Shown in pieces: positions 61,340 through 64,000 of a stretch of 64,000 bases of DNA. The notes beneath the pieces are model-generated. The model saw nothing but the letters and a program-made list of their open reading frames with translations, had not been told where the DNA came from and made no database searches. This DNA comes from Nitrosopumilus sp. (GTDB lineage: Archaea; Thermoproteota; Nitrososphaeria; Nitrososphaerales; Nitrosopumilaceae): the NCBI GenBank assembly GCA_965219345.1, contig OZ244732.1, positions 1,312,001 through 1,376,000 of the forward strand, given 5' to 3'. Every line of letters begins with the position of its first letter. Positions within the stretch are counted from its first letter, which is position 1. Position numbers and translations under genes: made by a program.

Positions 61340-62479
61340 CTATTCCATAGACACAAGCAATGGATCTGGCTTGTAAAACTCACCATGTTCTTCTGCAAGT
61401 TTGTTTAGTTCATCAACAATTTTTTTGATACCAATCTCTTTTGCTGTCTCAAATAATGGCTTTTTTAGCCCTAATCCTAACTGTGCTGCTTTTTCAATCT
61501 CTTCTATATCGCTTGCAGCATTTGTGACAAGCCATGCTGCATTGTTTATGATATTTGCAACAATCTGAATTGGATCACATTTTGCTGCCAATTCTTCTGA
61601 AAGTGCAACTCGTTCGTATTTGTCATCTGAATACTTGTAATATCCCTCTCCTGATTTTTGTCCGAGTTTCTTTTCATCAAACATTTTTTCAACTAAAGGA
61701 TGAGGGCTGATTACTTTTTTGTCCCGCAAATGCATCTCTGTAGTAGCTTTGTGAATTACATCAATTCCTGTAAAATCTGCTAACTCAAATATGCCCATTG
61801 GAAATCCTAACTTGAATTTGACAGCAGAATCAATCTCTTCAAGCGTTGCTCCAGTTCTATCTCTTACATAACATGCTTCATGCACCATTGGAATAAATAA
61901 TCTGTTAATAATGAATCCTGGAACGTCTTTTCTGCATATCACTGCTATCTTGTTAACTGATTTTACGTATTCTTGAGTCAGTTCAATTACTTCTTGTGAT
62001 GTTTTTTCTCCTGGAATTATTTCAACTAGTTTCATTAGTTGTGGCGGATTGAAGAAATGAATTCCTATGAATTTTTCTGGTCGTGATGTTGTATTTGCAA
62101 TTTCAGTAATTGGTAATGTACTAGTATTTGATGCAAAGACTACTTCTGGCGCTGCTGACTTGTCTAGTTCTGCATATACTCTCTTCTTTAGATCCATGAT
62201 CTCTGGAACTACTTCGATAATTAATTCCGCATCTTTTACTGCCTCATTCAAATCTACAATGGGTGTAATTCTTGCAAAGATTGCATCGCCTTCTTCTTTA
62301 GAAATTTTTTCTTTGGAAACTAGTTTATCCAAACTCCATTTTACCTTCTCCATTGCTTTATCCAAAAATCCTTGTTCAATATCTCGTAAGACTACATTGT
62401 ATCCCGCAGTTGCTGAGACTTGAGCAATACCATGTCCCATTACTCCAGAACCTAAAACTGTGATATTTTTTACTGACAC
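61340..62479 (-). CDS. 3-hydroxyacyl-CoA (3-hydroxybutyryl-CoA) dehydrogenase
   Basis: GSGVMGHGIAQ, EVVPE, SNTSTL, HFFNPP, PGFIINR. Confidence 0.92.
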   Translation of the reverse strand: MSVKNITVLGSGVMGHGIAQVSATAGYNVVLRDIEQGFLDKAMEKVKWSLDKLVSKEKISKEEGDAIFARITPIVDLNEAVKDAELIIEVVPEIMDLKKRVYAELDKSAAPEVVFASNTSTLPITEIANTTSRPEKFIGIHFFNPPQLMKLVEIIPGEKTSQEVIELTQEYVKSVNKIAVICRKDVPGFIINRLFIPMVHEACYVRDRTGATLEEIDSAVKFKLGFPMGIFELADFTGIDVIHKATTEMHLRDKKVISPHPLVEKMFDEKKLGQKSGEGYYKYSDDKYERVALSEELAAKCDPIQIVANIINNAAWLVTNAASDIEEIEKAAQLGLGLKKPLFETAKEIGIKKIVDELNKLAEEHGEFYKPDPLLVSME

Positions 62480-62540
62480 TGTTTTTAAAAATTGAATATC
62501 CCTTATAATGTATTCTTGGGATTCTCAGAAATATCCAAAA

Positions 62541-62726
62541 TTAAACACCAAATGACTGGGGTTTTTTTTCACATCTAGGACACTTTAGTCCATTTGTCTT
62601 AGTTCCACACTTTCTACAAAAGATATCCATCCCTACCACTTCCTTGGAGTGTGTTTTAGCTGCCTTGACAATCAGAATTGTTACTATGATAATCCCTACT
62701 ATGATTCCTATCAATGCAAGTACCAT
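62541..62726 (-). CDS. Small TM + zinc-ribbon protein
   Basis: Paralog of 18418-18603 (MVLALIGII...CRKCG...CPRC...FGV). Confidence 0.7.
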   Translation of the reverse strand: MVLALIGIIVGIIIVTILIVKAAKTHSKEVVGMDIFCRKCGTKTNGLKCPRCEKKPQSFGV

Positions 62727-62788
62727 GGATTATGATACGTCACACGGCATATTATCTCTTTAAATATGGTTCAAATATCTTGATTTCT

Positions 62789-63349
62789 ATGCCAGTCACT
62801 AAACCTATAATTGAAATTGTAAATGTTGTGGCATCAGCTACAATAGACCAAAAACTAGATCTATATGATATTCAAAAAAAATTCCCTGGTGTGGAGTATA
62901 ATCCTGATCAATTCCCTGGTGCCGTCTTTCGTCTCAAAAACCCAAAAACTGCAACATTGCTTTTCAGTACGGGGAAAATGGTTTGTACTGGTTCAAAATC
63001 AGAAGATATGGCAAAAAAGGCAGTAAAAACAGTTGTACAGAAACTTCGAAAAGATGGAATTAAAATCAAAAAAGATGCAGTTGTAACTGTTCAAAACATT
63101 GTGTCCTCAATAAATCTTGGAGGCAGAGTTCATCTGGAGCTAGCTGCACGAACACTGCCTCGAAGTATGTATGAACCTGAACAATTCCCTGGCGTCATTC
63201 ATAGAATGCTTGATCCTAAAACAGTAATTCTGATTTTTTCCTCAGGAAAACTAGTTTGCACTGGAGCCAAAACTGAGAAAGATGTCTATCGCTCAGTAAA
63301 TAATCTTCATAGTATGCTTGAAGAAAAGGAACTGATGATTTATGATTAG
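62789..63349 (+). CDS. tbp: TATA-box binding protein
   Basis: Two repeats NVVAS...YNPDQFPG...LFSTGKMVCTG / NIVSS...YEPEQFPG...IFSSGKLVCTG. Confidence 0.96.
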   Translation: MPVTKPIIEIVNVVASATIDQKLDLYDIQKKFPGVEYNPDQFPGAVFRLKNPKTATLLFSTGKMVCTGSKSEDMAKKAVKTVVQKLRKDGIKIKKDAVVTVQNIVSSINLGGRVHLELAARTLPRSMYEPEQFPGVIHRMLDPKTVILIFSSGKLVCTGAKTEKDVYRSVNNLHSMLEEKELMIYD

Positions 63350-63428
63350 ACTTGTTTTCACTCCTGAGAATTAAATTTTAAAGCACACTTCGAATCATTT
63401 TTAATGTATTTCAGGAGTTTATCAAATA

Positions 63429-63596
63429 ATGGGTTTGTTTAAACGTAAAAAAGAAGACGAAAACCAAACAAAATGTGAAAAATGTGGTACTGAATTACAT
63501 GATCCTGAGCGTTTGAAAAGACATATGAAAAAAGCACATGGAAACATTCCTGAAAAGAAATTAGATCCAAACGCAGGTGATGGCGGTCTATGGTAA
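63429..63596 (+). CDS. Small C2H2 zinc-finger protein (not in the ORF track)
   Basis: MGLFKRKK...KCEKCGTELHDPERLKRHMKKAH. Confidence 0.7.
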   Translation: MGLFKRKKEDENQTKCEKCGTELHDPERLKRHMKKAHGNIPEKKLDPNAGDGGLW

Positions 63597-63652
63597 AATG
63601 GAACCAAACTCAAAATCGATGATTTAATATTTTGAAACCTTAATGAAATTTT

Positions 63653-64000
63653 ATGGATTGTATTTTTTGTAAAGTCATTGCGGGAGATATTCCGGCAAAA
63701 ATTCTTAAAGAAACTTCAAACAGTATATCGTTTTTAGATGCATTTCCGCTTGCAAAGGGACATGTGCTTGTAATCCCAAAAAATCATCATGAAAAAATTC
63801 AAGATTTGAGTCATGAAGAAAATACTGATTTATTCTCTCTTGTTCATCTGATGATTTCTAAAGTAGATGTTTTAACTGGTGCAACTTTGGTTGCAGTACA
63901 TAACGGCAAAGAAGCAGGGCAAGAAGTTCCTCATGTTCATGTACATCTAGTTCCACGACGCACAAATGATTCAGCAGGCACTATTCATAGTATGTTTAAC
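63653..64000 (+). CDS. HIT-family hydrolase (3' end outside the window)
   Basis: MDCIFCK, GHVLVIPK.H, QEVPHVHVHLVPR. Confidence 0.92.
   Translation, partial: MDCIFCKVIAGDIPAKILKETSNSISFLDAFPLAKGHVLVIPKNHHEKIQDLSHEENTDLFSLVHLMISKVDVLTGATLVAVHNGKEAGQEVPHVHVHLVPRRTNDSAGTIHSMFN

Noticed and set aside
1-64000. tRNA/rRNA genes, casposon or provirus hallmark genes
   Set aside because: No recognisable tRNA or rRNA, and no Cas1, PolB, capsid or terminase motifs seen in the window

Overview
AT-rich chromosome segment from a Nitrosopumilaceae-type ammonia-oxidising archaeon (Thaumarchaeota). Core genes include the carB 3' part, A-type ATPase subunit F, ilvB-ilvN-leuA-leuB, aspS, UDG/MPG/TldD, a PIN-ATPase, an MCR-like SDR, endA, DNA ligase, FBP aldolase/phosphatase, EF-1alpha-rps10-rpo12, 3-hydroxyacyl-CoA dehydrogenase, TBP and HIT. 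These are interleaved with accessory islands rich in GC-rich IS elements (IS481, IS630, IS5-like) and pseudogenes. The most striking signal is three independent repeat-spacer-repeat scars within about 5 kb, in an IS630 transposase, pstA and pstB. In each, 37-38 bp of the host gene ending in AG is duplicated around an unrelated 33-36 bp insert. This geometry matches CRISPR Cas1-Cas2 spacer integration at non-CRISPR sites, although no cas genes or canonical array are visible in the window. Two cryptic cargo transposons are also defined by target-site duplications. One spans 5790-9083 and carries a regulator plus a secreted serine protease. The other spans 49812-55065, is nested in an IS481 copy that has a 15-bp TSD, and carries a surface protein.
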